A stretch of DNA of 64,000 nt from Chloroflexota bacterium (GCA_026713825.1 JAPONS010000008.1:10682-74681), one strand, 5' to 3'; numbered from the stretch's first letter, positions 8,079 to 16,983 are shown. Numbers and translations: made by a program. Notes: generated by a model not told the origin, from the sequence alone.

Positions 8079-9620
8079 TTAGCCTGACTGCCGCGCGAAC
8101 CACCCCTCGAGCGCGTCCACCATGCCCGGGATCGTGTACTCCTCGCCCACGGCGTCCACGCGCACGCCGAGCCCCCGCGCCGTCTCCGCCGTGATCGGCC
8201 CGATGCACGCCACGGCGCACCCGTTCACCAACGTTGGGTCGCCGCCCAGCGCATCCACCAGCCCCCGCACCGTCGACGAGCTCGCGAACGTCGCCGCGTC
8301 CACGCCCTCGGCGAAGACGTCCTTGGCCCGCTCGGCCACATCCTCCCCCGGCCTAGCGCGGTACAGCAACACCTCGTCCACCGAGGCCCCTGCCCTCTGC
8401 AGCTCCTCGATGAGCACGCTCCGTCCCCCCTCGGCCCGCGGCAGCAGCACCCGGTCGCCCGAAGCGAGCATGGGCGCGAGCCCCGCGGCCAGCGCCTCGG
8501 CCACGTACGATTCCGGCATGAAGTCGGCCTTGATCCCGTGCTCCTGCAACGCCCGTGCCGTCCCCGGCCCGATGACCGCCAGCCGCACGCCGCCCAGCGC
8601 CCGCGCGTCGAGCCCCCGCGCCGCCAGCCGGTCGAAGAACAGCCCCACGCCGTTCGCGCTCGTGAACACCAGCCACTGATACGCCGAAATGTCAGCCAGC
8701 GCCTTATCGAGCGGCCCCGCCATGTTTGGCGGGGCTACCGCGCTGTCCAGCGGCTCCACCGCGATGACCGGCAGCTCCACCGGCACGGCCCCCCGCGACG
8801 CCAGCAGCGCGCTCAGCGCCGACGCCTGCTGCCGCGTCCGCGTCACCAGCACCCGCTTCCCGAAGAGCGGGCTCGTGTCGAACCACCGAAGCTGCTCGCG
8901 CAGCGCCGCCACCTGTCCGACGATCGTCACCGCTGGCGGCTTCAACGCCGCATCCTTTACGTGCTCCACCACGTTCGACAGATCGCCTGACACCGTCCGC
9001 TGCTGCTGCGTCGTGCCCCACTCGACCACGCACACCGGCGTGTCCGGCGGCTTGCCTGCCGCTGTGAGCGCCCCCACAACCGAGGGCAGCGTCTCGACGC
9101 CCATGAGCACCACCAGCGTGTCCACCCGCGCCATCGCCTCCCAGTCGACGCCCGACGCGGCCCGCGAGGGGTCCTCGCTCCCCGTCACCACGGCGAAGTT
9201 CGCCGCCACCTTGCGCTGCGTCACCGGTATCCCCGCGTACGCCGCCGCCGCAATGGCCGACGTGACCCCCGGCACCACCTCAAACGACACCGAGGCCGCC
9301 GCCAGCGCCAGAGCCTCTTCGCCCCCGCGCCCGAACACGAACGGGTCGCCGCCCTTGAGCCGCACCACCCGCTTCCCCGCCGTGCCGTGCTCCACCAGCA
9401 GCGCGCTGATCTCCTCCTGCGACATCAGGTGGTCGCCCCGCCGCTTGCCCGCGTTGATGACCAGCGCGTCTTCGCGCACGTGCGTTAGCAGTTGCTCCGC
9501 GATGAGCCGGTCATGCACCACGACGTCCGCCGCCTGCAGCAGCGCCAGCCCTTTGGCCGTGATGAGTCCCGGGTCCCCCGGACCCGCGCCCACCAGCGAG
9601 ACCATCCCCGGCCGGCTCAT
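8079..9620 (-). CDS. cobA-hemD: Fused uroporphyrinogen-III C-methyltransferase / uroporphyrinogen-III synthase
   Basis: ORF trimmed to ATG 9620 (ATGA overlap with the hemC stop). The N-terminal half has VSLVGAGPGDPGLITAKGL...GGDPFVFGRGGEE (SUMT). The C-terminal half is HemD-like. Confidence 0.9.
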   Translation of the reverse strand: MSRPGMVSLVGAGPGDPGLITAKGLALLQAADVVVHDRLIAEQLLTHVREDALVINAGKRRGDHLMSQEEISALLVEHGTAGKRVVRLKGGDPFVFGRGGEEALALAAASVSFEVVPGVTSAIAAAAYAGIPVTQRKVAANFAVVTGSEDPSRAASGVDWEAMARVDTLVVLMGVETLPSVVGALTAAGKPPDTPVCVVEWGTTQQQRTVSGDLSNVVEHVKDAALKPPAVTIVGQVAALREQLRWFDTSPLFGKRVLVTRTRQQASALSALLASRGAVPVELPVIAVEPLDSAVAPPNMAGPLDKALADISAYQWLVFTSANGVGLFFDRLAARGLDARALGGVRLAVIGPGTARALQEHGIKADFMPESYVAEALAAGLAPMLASGDRVLLPRAEGGRSVLIEELQRAGASVDEVLLYRARPGEDVAERAKDVFAEGVDAATFASSSTVRGLVDALGGDPTLVNGCAVACIGPITAETARGLGVRVDAVGEEYTIPGMVDALEGWFARQSG

Positions 9621-10561
9621 GCCCCGTCCTCCGCCAGCAGCGCCGCCGCGCCCTGCTCCAGCAGCTTCTGCGCCAGCTCGCCGCCGAGCGCCTCCGCATC
9701 CCGCGCCTCGCCCGCGACGTAGTCCCGGTACAGCGGCTCGCCGCCGACGCCGGCGACCATGCCGAAGACGCGGATGTACTCGTTCATCACGCTCCCGAAG
9801 CATCCCATCGGCGTGCGGCACCCGCCGCCCATCGCCCGCAGAAACGCCCGCTCCGCCGTGACTTCCCACCGCGTCGCCCGGTGCTCCAGCGCCGCCAGCA
9901 TCCCGAGCAGTTCCCCGTCGTCCGACCGCGTCTGCAGCGCGATGGCTCCCTGCCCGACTGCCGGGATGAACGTCAGCGGGTCCAGTCGCTCCGTCGCCTC
10001 GCCCTCGCGCCCCAGCCGCACAAGCCCGGCCGCCGCAAGCACCAGCGCGTCGTACTGCCCCTCCTGCATCTTCCGTATCCGCGTGCCCACGTTCCCCCGC
10101 ACGTCCTGCACCACCGCGTCAGGCCGCGCGGCCCGCACCAGCGCGGCCCGTCGAGGGCTGCTCGTCCCGACGACCGCCCCCAGCGGCAGCTCCGCCAGCG
10201 TCGCCCCCGAGCGGCTCACCACGACGTCGCACGGGTCCTCGCGCTCCAGCACCGCGGCGATCGCCAACCCCTCCGGCCCCGTCGCCGACATGTCCTTCAG
10301 GCTGTGCGCCGCCATGTCGATGCGCCCATCCAGCAGCGCCGCCTCCAGCTCCTTCGTGAACACACCAAGCCCAAGCTCAGACAGCGGGGTCTCTTGGGAA
10401 GCGTCTCCTGTGGTGGTCACAACCTGGACGTCAACGTCAAATTCGGGGTATTGGGCCCGTAGCGCGTCCACGGCCCGCTCCGCCTGTGCAAGCGCCAGCG
10501 GGCTCCCGCGCGTCCCCACGACGATGCGCTCCCGCGCCGAGGCGGTTTCGCCCGCTGTCAT
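9617..10561 (-). CDS. hemC: Hydroxymethylbilane synthase (porphobilinogen deaminase)
   Basis: IVVGTRGSPLALAQAERAVDALRAQYPEFDVDVQVVTTTGD... Confidence 0.95.
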   Translation of the reverse strand: MTAGETASARERIVVGTRGSPLALAQAERAVDALRAQYPEFDVDVQVVTTTGDASQETPLSELGLGVFTKELEAALLDGRIDMAAHSLKDMSATGPEGLAIAAVLEREDPCDVVVSRSGATLAELPLGAVVGTSSPRRAALVRAARPDAVVQDVRGNVGTRIRKMQEGQYDALVLAAAGLVRLGREGEATERLDPLTFIPAVGQGAIALQTRSDDGELLGMLAALEHRATRWEVTAERAFLRAMGGGCRTPMGCFGSVMNEYIRVFGMVAGVGGEPLYRDYVAGEARDAEALGGELAQKLLEQGAAALLAEDGA

Positions 10562-10563
10562 GG

Positions 10564-11883
10564 CTAGACCCGCTCTGCGGGGGCCCCGCTCGGGTCTTCC
10601 TCCCCGCCGGCGTCGACTGAAAAGTCGTCAGCCGGGGCCTCGTCCAGCCGGAAAAGCCACCGCAGCGTCTGGATGTCCTCCGGCCGGCCCTCGGCCTTCA
10701 CCCGCGTCACCGGGTGGTGCAGCAGCTTGTTCACCAGCGCCCGGCTCAGCGCCGCCACCGTCTCCTGGTCCGCCTCCGCCAAATGCGACAGCCGCCGCAG
10801 CGCCCGCTCCAGCTCCTGCTCCCGCAGCGTCTCCGCCTGCTCCCGCAGATCGACCAGCGTTGGCACCACCCGCAGCGAGTCCCACCACTCGTGGAACCGC
10901 GTCACCTCTTCCTCGACGATGGCCTCCACCCGCGCGGCCTCCTGCTGCCGCCGTTGCCGGTTCGTCTCCGCCACCCGGTCGAGGTCGCTCATGTCCGCCA
11001 GCGTCACCCCCGCAACGTCCCGCACCGCCGGGTCGATGTCCCTCGGCAGAGCGGCGTCCAGCAGCAGCAGCGGCTTGCCTCCGCGGCCCGCCGCCGCGCC
11101 CGACACGTCCGCGCCCGTCACCACGTAGTCCGGCGACCCCGTGGCAGAGATGACGACGTCGTACTCGCGCAGCGCCCCCTGCAGCCCGTCCAGCGGCAGC
11201 ACGTCCGCGCCGCCCAGCTCCTCCGCGAGCTCCGATGCGCGCACCTCCGTCCGGTTCATCACCGTCAGCCGCGAGATCCCCGCGTTCTGCAGCGCCTGCG
11301 CCGCCAGCCGCCCGGCCTCGCCCGCGCCGACGACGAGCCCGTGCGCGCCGTCCAGCTGCCCCAGCGTCCGCCGCGCCAGCTCCACGAACGCGTAGCTCAC
11401 CGACTGCGCGTTCCGACCGATGTCCGTGTCCCGCCGCGCCCGCTTGCCCACGCGCAATGCCTGGTGGAACGCATGCGTCATCGGCGAGTGCGCCGTCTTC
11501 GCCGCAACCGCCGCCCCAAACGCCTCGCGCACCTGCCCCAGCACCTCGGACTCGCCCAAAATCATCGAGTCTAGGCTGCACGTCACCCGGAACAGGTGCC
11601 GCGCCGCCGCGTCGTGGTGGTAGCCGTACACGTACGGCTCCACGCCCTCGTACCCAACGCCGTAAGCCTCGAACACCCCTGCCGCGGCTTCCCGCGCGTC
11701 CTCCAGGTCCTCCGCCAGCGTGTAGAACTCTGTCCGGTTGCACGTGTGCAGCACGACGCCCTGCCCGGCCCGCTCGGCGAGCATCCGGTTCGCCCCAGCC
11801 AGGTCGTGCCCCACGACGGCCAGCTGCTCCAGCGCCTCCAGCGGCGCCGTCCGGTGGTTGACGCCCACGACGGCCAGCTTCAC
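10564..11883 (-). CDS. hemA: Glutamyl-tRNA reductase
   Basis: VKLAVVGVNHRTAPLEALEQLAV...HTCNRTEFY. The GTG start at 11881-11883 overlaps the upstream stop (GTGA). Confidence 0.93.
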   Translation of the reverse strand: MKLAVVGVNHRTAPLEALEQLAVVGHDLAGANRMLAERAGQGVVLHTCNRTEFYTLAEDLEDAREAAAGVFEAYGVGYEGVEPYVYGYHHDAAARHLFRVTCSLDSMILGESEVLGQVREAFGAAVAAKTAHSPMTHAFHQALRVGKRARRDTDIGRNAQSVSYAFVELARRTLGQLDGAHGLVVGAGEAGRLAAQALQNAGISRLTVMNRTEVRASELAEELGGADVLPLDGLQGALREYDVVISATGSPDYVVTGADVSGAAAGRGGKPLLLLDAALPRDIDPAVRDVAGVTLADMSDLDRVAETNRQRRQQEAARVEAIVEEEVTRFHEWWDSLRVVPTLVDLREQAETLREQELERALRRLSHLAEADQETVAALSRALVNKLLHHPVTRVKAEGRPEDIQTLRWLFRLDEAPADDFSVDAGGEEDPSGAPAERV

Positions 11884-12554
11884 GACGCCACCGCCTTGAC
11901 CCAGTGCGGCCACGATTCGAGCAGCTCCGTCAGCCGCGCCTCCGCGCGCTCACGCTCGCCGTCTTGGTACAAGTCCAGCACCTCCGCGTTCAGCGACGCC
12001 TGCCATCCCTCCGGGTCCACCGTGACCGAGCGTCCCCGCAGGTCCGCCCGCACGCGCCCGACCATCTCCGCCAAGTCCGCGTACGCCAGCGCGTCGTTCG
12101 CCTCCAGCGATTCCCGCAGCTTCCGCGCCAGCGCCGGCGCCAGCCCGCCCGTCGACATCGCCAGCGTCACCGGCCCCCGCCGCACGATGCTCGGCGCGAT
12201 GAACGTGCACAGGTGCGTCACGTCCACGACGTTCAGCGGTACGTTCCGCTCCGTCGCCTCCCGCGACACCCCCTCGTTCACGTCCGAGTCGTCCGTCGCC
12301 GCAATCGAGATGAACGCCCCCGCCAGGTCCCCCGCCGCGTACGTGCGTTCGTACAGCGTCACGACACCAGCATCGGCCAGCGCGCGCACGCGCTCGGTGC
12401 TCTCCGGCGCCACGACGGTCACCTCCGCCCCCGCGTCCAGCAGCCCCTCCACCTTGCGCTCCGCGATCGTCCCCCCGCCTATGACGACGCATCGCCGCCC
12501 CTCGACGGTGAGGAACACCGGGTAGTGCTTGTGCGTAGCCGTCCGTTGCGCCAT
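11880..12554 (-). CDS. sirC: Precorrin-2 dehydrogenase / sirohydrochlorin ferrochelatase (SirC / CysG N-terminal type)
   Basis: ORF trimmed to ATG 12554. MAQRTATHKHYPVFLTVEGRRCVVIGGGTIAERKVEGLLDAGAEVTVVAP is an NAD-binding fold typical of siroheme synthase N-terminal domains. Confidence 0.82.
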   Translation of the reverse strand: MAQRTATHKHYPVFLTVEGRRCVVIGGGTIAERKVEGLLDAGAEVTVVAPESTERVRALADAGVVTLYERTYAAGDLAGAFISIAATDDSDVNEGVSREATERNVPLNVVDVTHLCTFIAPSIVRRGPVTLAMSTGGLAPALARKLRESLEANDALAYADLAEMVGRVRADLRGRSVTVDPEGWQASLNAEVLDLYQDGERERAEARLTELLESWPHWVKAVAS

Positions 12555-12583
12555 GCGAAAAATTCTCCGGTTGCCTCGCGCCC

Positions 12584-13615
12584 CTACACGAAGTAGCGGA
12601 CGCGCGTCTTTTTGTACTCGCGCGTGCTGTACAGCAGGATGTAGTCGTCGACGCCCGTCTCCTTGGCCAGCTCCTTCGCCACGTCCTCGCACCGGCTCCG
12701 GCTCGTCGCGTGGATCATCGCGAAGTGGCTGTACGGCCAGTCCGGGAACACCGGCCGCTCGTAGCAGTGGCTCACCCACCGAGAGTTCGCCAGCGCCTGC
12801 CCGACCTGCAGCTTCCGTTCCTCCGGCACCCGCCATACGCTCATCGCGTTCGAGCGGAACCCCGCCTTCCGGTGGTGCAGCACCGCGCTGTACCGCCGCA
12901 TGACGCCCCGCTCCTGGAAGCCGCGCATGATTGCGAACATCCCCTCGGGCGTCAGCCCCAGCCGCTCGGCCATCGCGTCGAACGGCCGCACGTCCAGCGA
13001 CAGGTCCTCCTGCACCTCGCGCACCACGTCGATCTCGTAGTCCGTCAGCTGCTCCACCTTGTTCCAGCTCTCGTTGTCCGGGCGGTAGTCAGCGGCGTTC
13101 CCCTCCTCGTTCACCATGTCGAAGTTCACGCCGATCTTGTAGAACCGTAGCGTCGGCAGCAGCCGCCACGATTCGACGTGCGTCTCCTCCGCCATCCGCG
13201 CCGCCGTCTCCTCCAGGCTCTCGTACGGCGGCACCGCCAGCGTGAACCACAGGTTGTACTCGTGCCCCACCCGCGCGTAGTTGTGGCTCACGCCCGGGTG
13301 CTTGTTGATCGCCAGCGCGCCCTTGTGCAGCAGTTCCTCCGGGTACCTGAACGCGATCAGCGACGTCTTGTACCCCAGCCGCCGCGTGTCGAAGATGCCG
13401 CTGATCTGCCGCACCACGTTCTCCCGCCGCAGCCGCCGGATCCGCTCGATGACGTCGTCCTCCTCCAGCCCCAGTTCCCGTCCGATGGCCAGGTACGGCC
13501 GCTCGTCCATCGGGAACTCCGTCTGGATGACGTTCAGCACCTGCCGGTCGAGCAGGTCCATCTCCGCCGCGCGGCCCTCCGACGCCGTGGTGTTAGGCGC
13601 CTGCCTTGTTGCCAT
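12584..13615 (-). CDS. ahbAB: Siroheme decarboxylase, fused AhbA/AhbB (NirD/NirL-like) two-domain protein
   Basis: Two tandem Lrp/AsnC-like halves: LDRQVLNVIQTEFPMDERPYLAIG...HPGVSHNYARVGHEYNLWFTL and DYEIDVVREVQEDLSLDVRPFDAMA...NSRWVSHCYERP. An AAAGGAG SD lies 5 nt before ATG 13615. Confidence 0.8.
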   Translation of the reverse strand: MATRQAPNTTASEGRAAEMDLLDRQVLNVIQTEFPMDERPYLAIGRELGLEEDDVIERIRRLRRENVVRQISGIFDTRRLGYKTSLIAFRYPEELLHKGALAINKHPGVSHNYARVGHEYNLWFTLAVPPYESLEETAARMAEETHVESWRLLPTLRFYKIGVNFDMVNEEGNAADYRPDNESWNKVEQLTDYEIDVVREVQEDLSLDVRPFDAMAERLGLTPEGMFAIMRGFQERGVMRRYSAVLHHRKAGFRSNAMSVWRVPEERKLQVGQALANSRWVSHCYERPVFPDWPYSHFAMIHATSRSRCEDVAKELAKETGVDDYILLYSTREYKKTRVRYFV

Positions 13616-14261
13616 TCCGGCTCCTTTCGTACGCGTCGACCATGGCGATCATGATCACGTCGGCAATCGTTTCAACGTGGTGCCACGCCTGCGCCAGCGT
13701 GTCGGCGTCCGACGACCCCCGCCGCGCCATCGAGCGCACCGATTCCGTCAGCGGCGTCCGGAAGAACACGAAGGCCTCCATCAGCTCCCGAAGGCTCAGC
13801 CCCCGCTGCGTCAGCGCCTCGCCGTACTCCTCGCCGATCACCCGCACCTCGTCCAGCGCCTGCGCCGACGGCCGCTTTCGCTCCATCAGGCTCTCTGTCA
13901 CGTCCAGCAGCCGCCGCCCGAAGAGCCGCAGCCGCCCTCGCGTGGCCTCGTCCATCTCCTCGTACCACGGGAAGCTCACCAGCCGGTCGCCGTGCAGCAG
14001 CCGCCGGATCCGCCGCGTCGTCACCGACGTGATCGTCTGCGACGGCATCACCCGGCCCGACGGCGACTCCGCCGCGCGCTGCATCGCCGCCAGCAGGTCC
14101 TCCCGCAAAAACCGGCGGTGCCCGCCCGGCGTCCGGAACGCGCGGATGACCCCGTTGTCGGCCCACATCCGCAGCGTCGTCTCGTTCACGCCCAGCATCC
14201 GGCAGGCCTCCCCCAGGGAAACCCACCGCCCGCTCGACTGCCGCCGTTCCGTCTGCTGCAT
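13593..14261 (-). CDS. HTH (MerR/excisionase-type) DNA-binding protein, first gene of the heme operon
   Basis: MQQTERRQSSGRWVSLGEACRMLGVNETTLRMWADNGVIRAFRTPGGHRRF is an HTH segment. ATG 14261 is preferred over TTG 14273. Its end overlaps the ahbAB start by 23 nt. Confidence 0.7.
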   Translation of the reverse strand: MQQTERRQSSGRWVSLGEACRMLGVNETTLRMWADNGVIRAFRTPGGHRRFLREDLLAAMQRAAESPSGRVMPSQTITSVTTRRIRRLLHGDRLVSFPWYEEMDEATRGRLRLFGRRLLDVTESLMERKRPSAQALDEVRVIGEEYGEALTQRGLSLRELMEAFVFFRTPLTESVRSMARRGSSDADTLAQAWHHVETIADVIMIAMVDAYERSRNGNKAGA

Positions 14262-14302
14262 CCCGCCCCACAAAAATCTAGGGAAATCTAAATAATCTCA
14301 AG

Positions 14303-14349
14303 GTTTGGCAAAACCAAACTAAGGTATCACGTACGCAAGTGACCGTCAA
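14303..14349 (-). promoter_or_regulatory. Promoter TTGACG-17-TACCTT followed by inverted repeat GTTTGG-N5-CCAAAC (candidate operator)
   Basis: Minus strand: TTGACG (14349-14344), 17-nt spacer, TACCTT (14326-14321). The perfect 6-bp inverted repeat sits at 14303-14319. The whole element lies in a locally AT-rich patch. Confidence 0.4.
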
Positions 14350-14370
14350 CACAATCGGAAGGTCCCAAAG

Positions 14371-14399
14371 AAAAAACCCCTTCCCCCTTTGGGGGAAGG
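14371..14399 (-). terminator. Intrinsic terminator of the CoA-transferase gene (also a member of hairpin-repeat family HP-C)
   Basis: Minus strand reads CCTTCCCCC-aaa-GGGGGAAGG followed by GGTTTTTTCTTT. Confidence 0.7.
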
Positions 14400-14434
14400 T
14401 TGGGATGGGGGAGTCTTGCGCCGCGGCGCACCCC

Positions 14435-15847
14435 CTACACCCCCCGCGCCGGCCACAACGCCGCGTGGTGCCCAAGCGGCACAGTCGGCCGCTCCCACCG
14501 CGCCGCCGTCTCCGACATCTGCACGACGGGCGCCAGGTGCCGCAGCCGACCCTGCGGCGTCTCGCTCTCCGTCGACCACCGCGCAATCTCGTCGTCTGAA
14601 AAATCCTCGGCAACGCCCGCCAGCTCCGACTCCGCCACCTGCCCGCGGTTCACCAGCCACCGCCCCGTCTGCGCCAGCGACGCCCGTACCAGCCAGCTCC
14701 CGCCCTCCGTCGCGCGCCGGTGCAGCGCCACCATCGTCCCGAACGCCATCAGGTACCCCGTCAGGTAGTCGATCGCCGACACCGGGTAGAACTGCGGCCC
14801 CGGCTCCGCGCCCGGGAACAGCTCCCCCTGCCGGTCCGTGATGCCGCTCACCGTCTGTATCACCGTGTCGAACCCCCGCCGCCCTGCCCACGGCCCCACG
14901 CGCCCAAACGCCGACAGCGACACGTACACCAGCCCCGGTCGAATCGCCGTCAGCTCCTCCGGAGAGAGCCCTCGCTCCGCCAGCGTCCCCGGCCGGTACC
15001 CCTGCGAGAACACGTCCGCCTCGCGCACCAACCCCTGCAGCGTCTCCCTGTCCCGAGCCTCCCGCAGGTCAAGGTGCGCCGACAGCTTGCCGTGCCCCGT
15101 GTCCATCTCCTGCCCCGGATGGCTTGGCAGGTGCGCGCCCGTGATCCGAAGCACGTCCGCCCCCTGCTCCGCCAGCGTCTGCGCGCAGCTCGGCCCCGCC
15201 AGCACCCGCGTCAGGTCCAACGCCCGAATGCCCGATAGCGGCCGCGATCCCTCCGGCAGCGGCTCCGGCGGGCTGTCCCCTATCTTGTCGATCTCGATCA
15301 GCGGCAGCGTCGCCACCGCCGCCGACTGCGGGTGCTCGGCCCACTCCGCCATCGACCGCACCATGCCGCCCGCGCCCTTCGCCGCGATGATCGCCTCCTC
15401 CAACTCCAGCCCCTTCCACGTCGCGACGGCCCGCTTTATCGCGTCCCGGTCCTCCTCGACCCCCAGCACGCCCAGCGCCGCCTCGCGGTGGTTGACGAAG
15501 TTGCAGTGCAGGTAGCTCCACCGCCCGTCCGCCGTCGGGAATACGCCGGACGCCGGCGCCCGCTCGCCCGGCACCCGCGCCCCGTCCAGCAGCATGTACC
15601 GGCTGCTCCGCAACGACGCCGTCGCATGCCGCGCGTCCACTCCCACACCCTGCCGCCGCCCCGTCCGCAGCTCCCACAACGCCGACGCCGCCAGCCCCAC
15701 CGCGCCCACCGCCGCCGCCGATGTCTCCCCGATGCGGAACGGCGTCGGCAGGGCCGGGTCCGTCCCGCCGGAGAACTCCACCCCGGCGGCCAACCCGGAG
15801 CTCCACCCCACGCTCATGAGAATGCCGGACAGCGTGTCGTACGACAT
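14435..15847 (-). CDS. Family III CoA-transferase (CaiB/BaiF type) with rearranged domain order
   Basis: ORF trimmed to ATG 15847 (MSYDTLSG). The canonical N-terminal motif PLSGIRALDLTRVLAGPSCAQTLAEQGADVLRI occurs only at about residue 255. Confidence 0.8.
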   Translation of the reverse strand: MSYDTLSGILMSVGWSSGLAAGVEFSGGTDPALPTPFRIGETSAAAVGAVGLAASALWELRTGRRQGVGVDARHATASLRSSRYMLLDGARVPGERAPASGVFPTADGRWSYLHCNFVNHREAALGVLGVEEDRDAIKRAVATWKGLELEEAIIAAKGAGGMVRSMAEWAEHPQSAAVATLPLIEIDKIGDSPPEPLPEGSRPLSGIRALDLTRVLAGPSCAQTLAEQGADVLRITGAHLPSHPGQEMDTGHGKLSAHLDLREARDRETLQGLVREADVFSQGYRPGTLAERGLSPEELTAIRPGLVYVSLSAFGRVGPWAGRRGFDTVIQTVSGITDRQGELFPGAEPGPQFYPVSAIDYLTGYLMAFGTMVALHRRATEGGSWLVRASLAQTGRWLVNRGQVAESELAGVAEDFSDDEIARWSTESETPQGRLRHLAPVVQMSETAARWERPTVPLGHHAALWPARGV

Positions 15848-15880
15848 AGGACGCGCTCCTGTAGTCCTTGGATGGCTCGG

Positions 15881-15886
15881 ATTATA
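15881..15886 (-). promoter_or_regulatory. Consensus -10 hexamer TATAAT upstream of the CoA-transferase gene
   Basis: Minus strand TATAAT lies 33 nt upstream of ATG 15847, with an AGGAG SD in the predicted leader. No convincing -35. Confidence 0.35.
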
Positions 15887-16064
15887 TGCGGACGCCATAC
15901 GCGGCGCCATTGCCCGCACGAGGGGTATAGCCTCCGGTAGTACAATGCCCTCATCACCCCAGCGGGCCAACGACTGACCGGCGCCGACCCGGCCCGGGGT
16001 GTGGGAGGCCTCGGTGCAAGGCCCATTCTGGTGGAGGACACCGCTGAAGCTCCCCGGCCGCAGC

Positions 16065-16718
16065 ATGCGGCAGGACCGCGAGCGCCTGCTGAAGCGCCTC
16101 GGCGGCCGCTACTCCGCCCGCGTCGTCGACGCCATCGCCCGCACTCCTCGCGAGGACATGGTCCCCCCGGAGCACAAGAAACTCGCCTACCGCGACGGCC
16201 CCCTGTACATCGGCCACGGCCAGACCATCTCCCAGCCCACCATGGTCGCCATCATGACCCAGGCCCTCGACCCCCAGCCGTGGGAGCGCGTCCTGGAGGT
16301 AGGCGCCGGCAGCGGCTACCAGGCCGTCGTCCTCGCACAGCTCGCCGCCCGCGTCGTCTCCGTCGAGCGCGTACCCGAGCTCGCCCACCGCACCGCCGCC
16401 CTCCTGCAGTCACTCGGCTACGACGACTGCGTCAGCGTCCGCCAGTCCGGCGACGCCCTCGGCTGCCCCGACGAGGCCCCCTTCGACGCCATCATGGTCT
16501 CCGCCGCCGCCCCGACCCCCCCGCTCGCCCTCCTCGACCAGCTCACCCCGCGCGGCCGCCTCCTCGTCCCCGTCGGCCCCCGCAAGGAGCAGCGCCTCCT
16601 CCTTCTGACCCGCACCGAGGCCGGCCACACCACCCGCGACTTCGGCGGCTGCCGCTTCGTCCCCCTGATAGGCCCCGGCGCCTACCCCCCCAACGACCCA
16701 GAATGGCAAGACCGCTGA
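16065..16718 (+). CDS. pcm: Protein-L-isoaspartate O-methyltransferase
   Basis: ORF trimmed to ATG 16065. ...GHGQTISQPTMVAIMTQAL...VLEVGAGSGYQAVVLAQLA... is the classic PIMT motif set. Confidence 0.92.
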   Translation: MRQDRERLLKRLGGRYSARVVDAIARTPREDMVPPEHKKLAYRDGPLYIGHGQTISQPTMVAIMTQALDPQPWERVLEVGAGSGYQAVVLAQLAARVVSVERVPELAHRTAALLQSLGYDDCVSVRQSGDALGCPDEAPFDAIMVSAAAPTPPLALLDQLTPRGRLLVPVGPRKEQRLLLLTRTEAGHTTRDFGGCRFVPLIGPGAYPPNDPEWQDR

Positions 16719-16786
16719 CAATCCCAATCGCCAACCGTAATTCTTTCACCTCTGATTTATCCAACCAATTGCGCAGCAAAGAGATC

Positions 16787-16846
16787 CCTTCCCCCTCGGG
16801 GGGGGGGAAGGTTAGAGCCTGCCCCGCACTCGATACGGGATGGGGG
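16787..16846. repeat. Hairpin repeat HP-C (CCTTCCCCC-loop-GGGGGAAGGTT...GGATGGGGGAG) carrying a 25-nt internal insert
   Basis: Same ends as the copy at 14379-14413, but AGAGCCTGCCCCGCACTCGATACGG is inserted between GGGGGAAGGTT and GGATGGGGGAG. Confidence 0.7.
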
Positions 16847-16899
16847 AGCTCTCTCACCTTACTCCCAGCACCCCCATTCACTCCTGCCCCACCCTACCT

Positions 16900-16922
16900 G
16901 TCGTTCCTGCGAAGGCAGGAAC
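16900..16922. repeat. Hairpin repeat HP-A, short form
   Basis: GTCGTTCCTGCGAAGGCAGGAAC has stem TTCCTGC/GCAGGAA and is related to the copies at 17079, 16984, 23664 and 28067. Confidence 0.7.
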
Positions 16923-16983
16923 CCCGACATACCCATCCCCCTCCGCGCCCGTCCCCTTCCGTCTCCCTCGCCCACCCGCTACC

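Noticed and set aside
8079-9869. Long N-terminal extensions in the track ORFs: 8079..9869, 11880..12836, 14435..16066, 17196..18233, 17785..19593, 19161..20255, 19979..21274, 43957..44556, 52795..53349.
   Set aside because: The extensions are Arg/Gly/Pro-rich, overlap the preceding gene, and precede an internal start with an SD or a 4-nt stop/start overlap. The genes were trimmed accordingly.
15918-15946. Promoter for pcm (TACAAT at 15941-15946).
   Set aside because: There is no acceptable -35 or TG extension, and it would imply a ~110-nt leader. Too weak to report as a feature.
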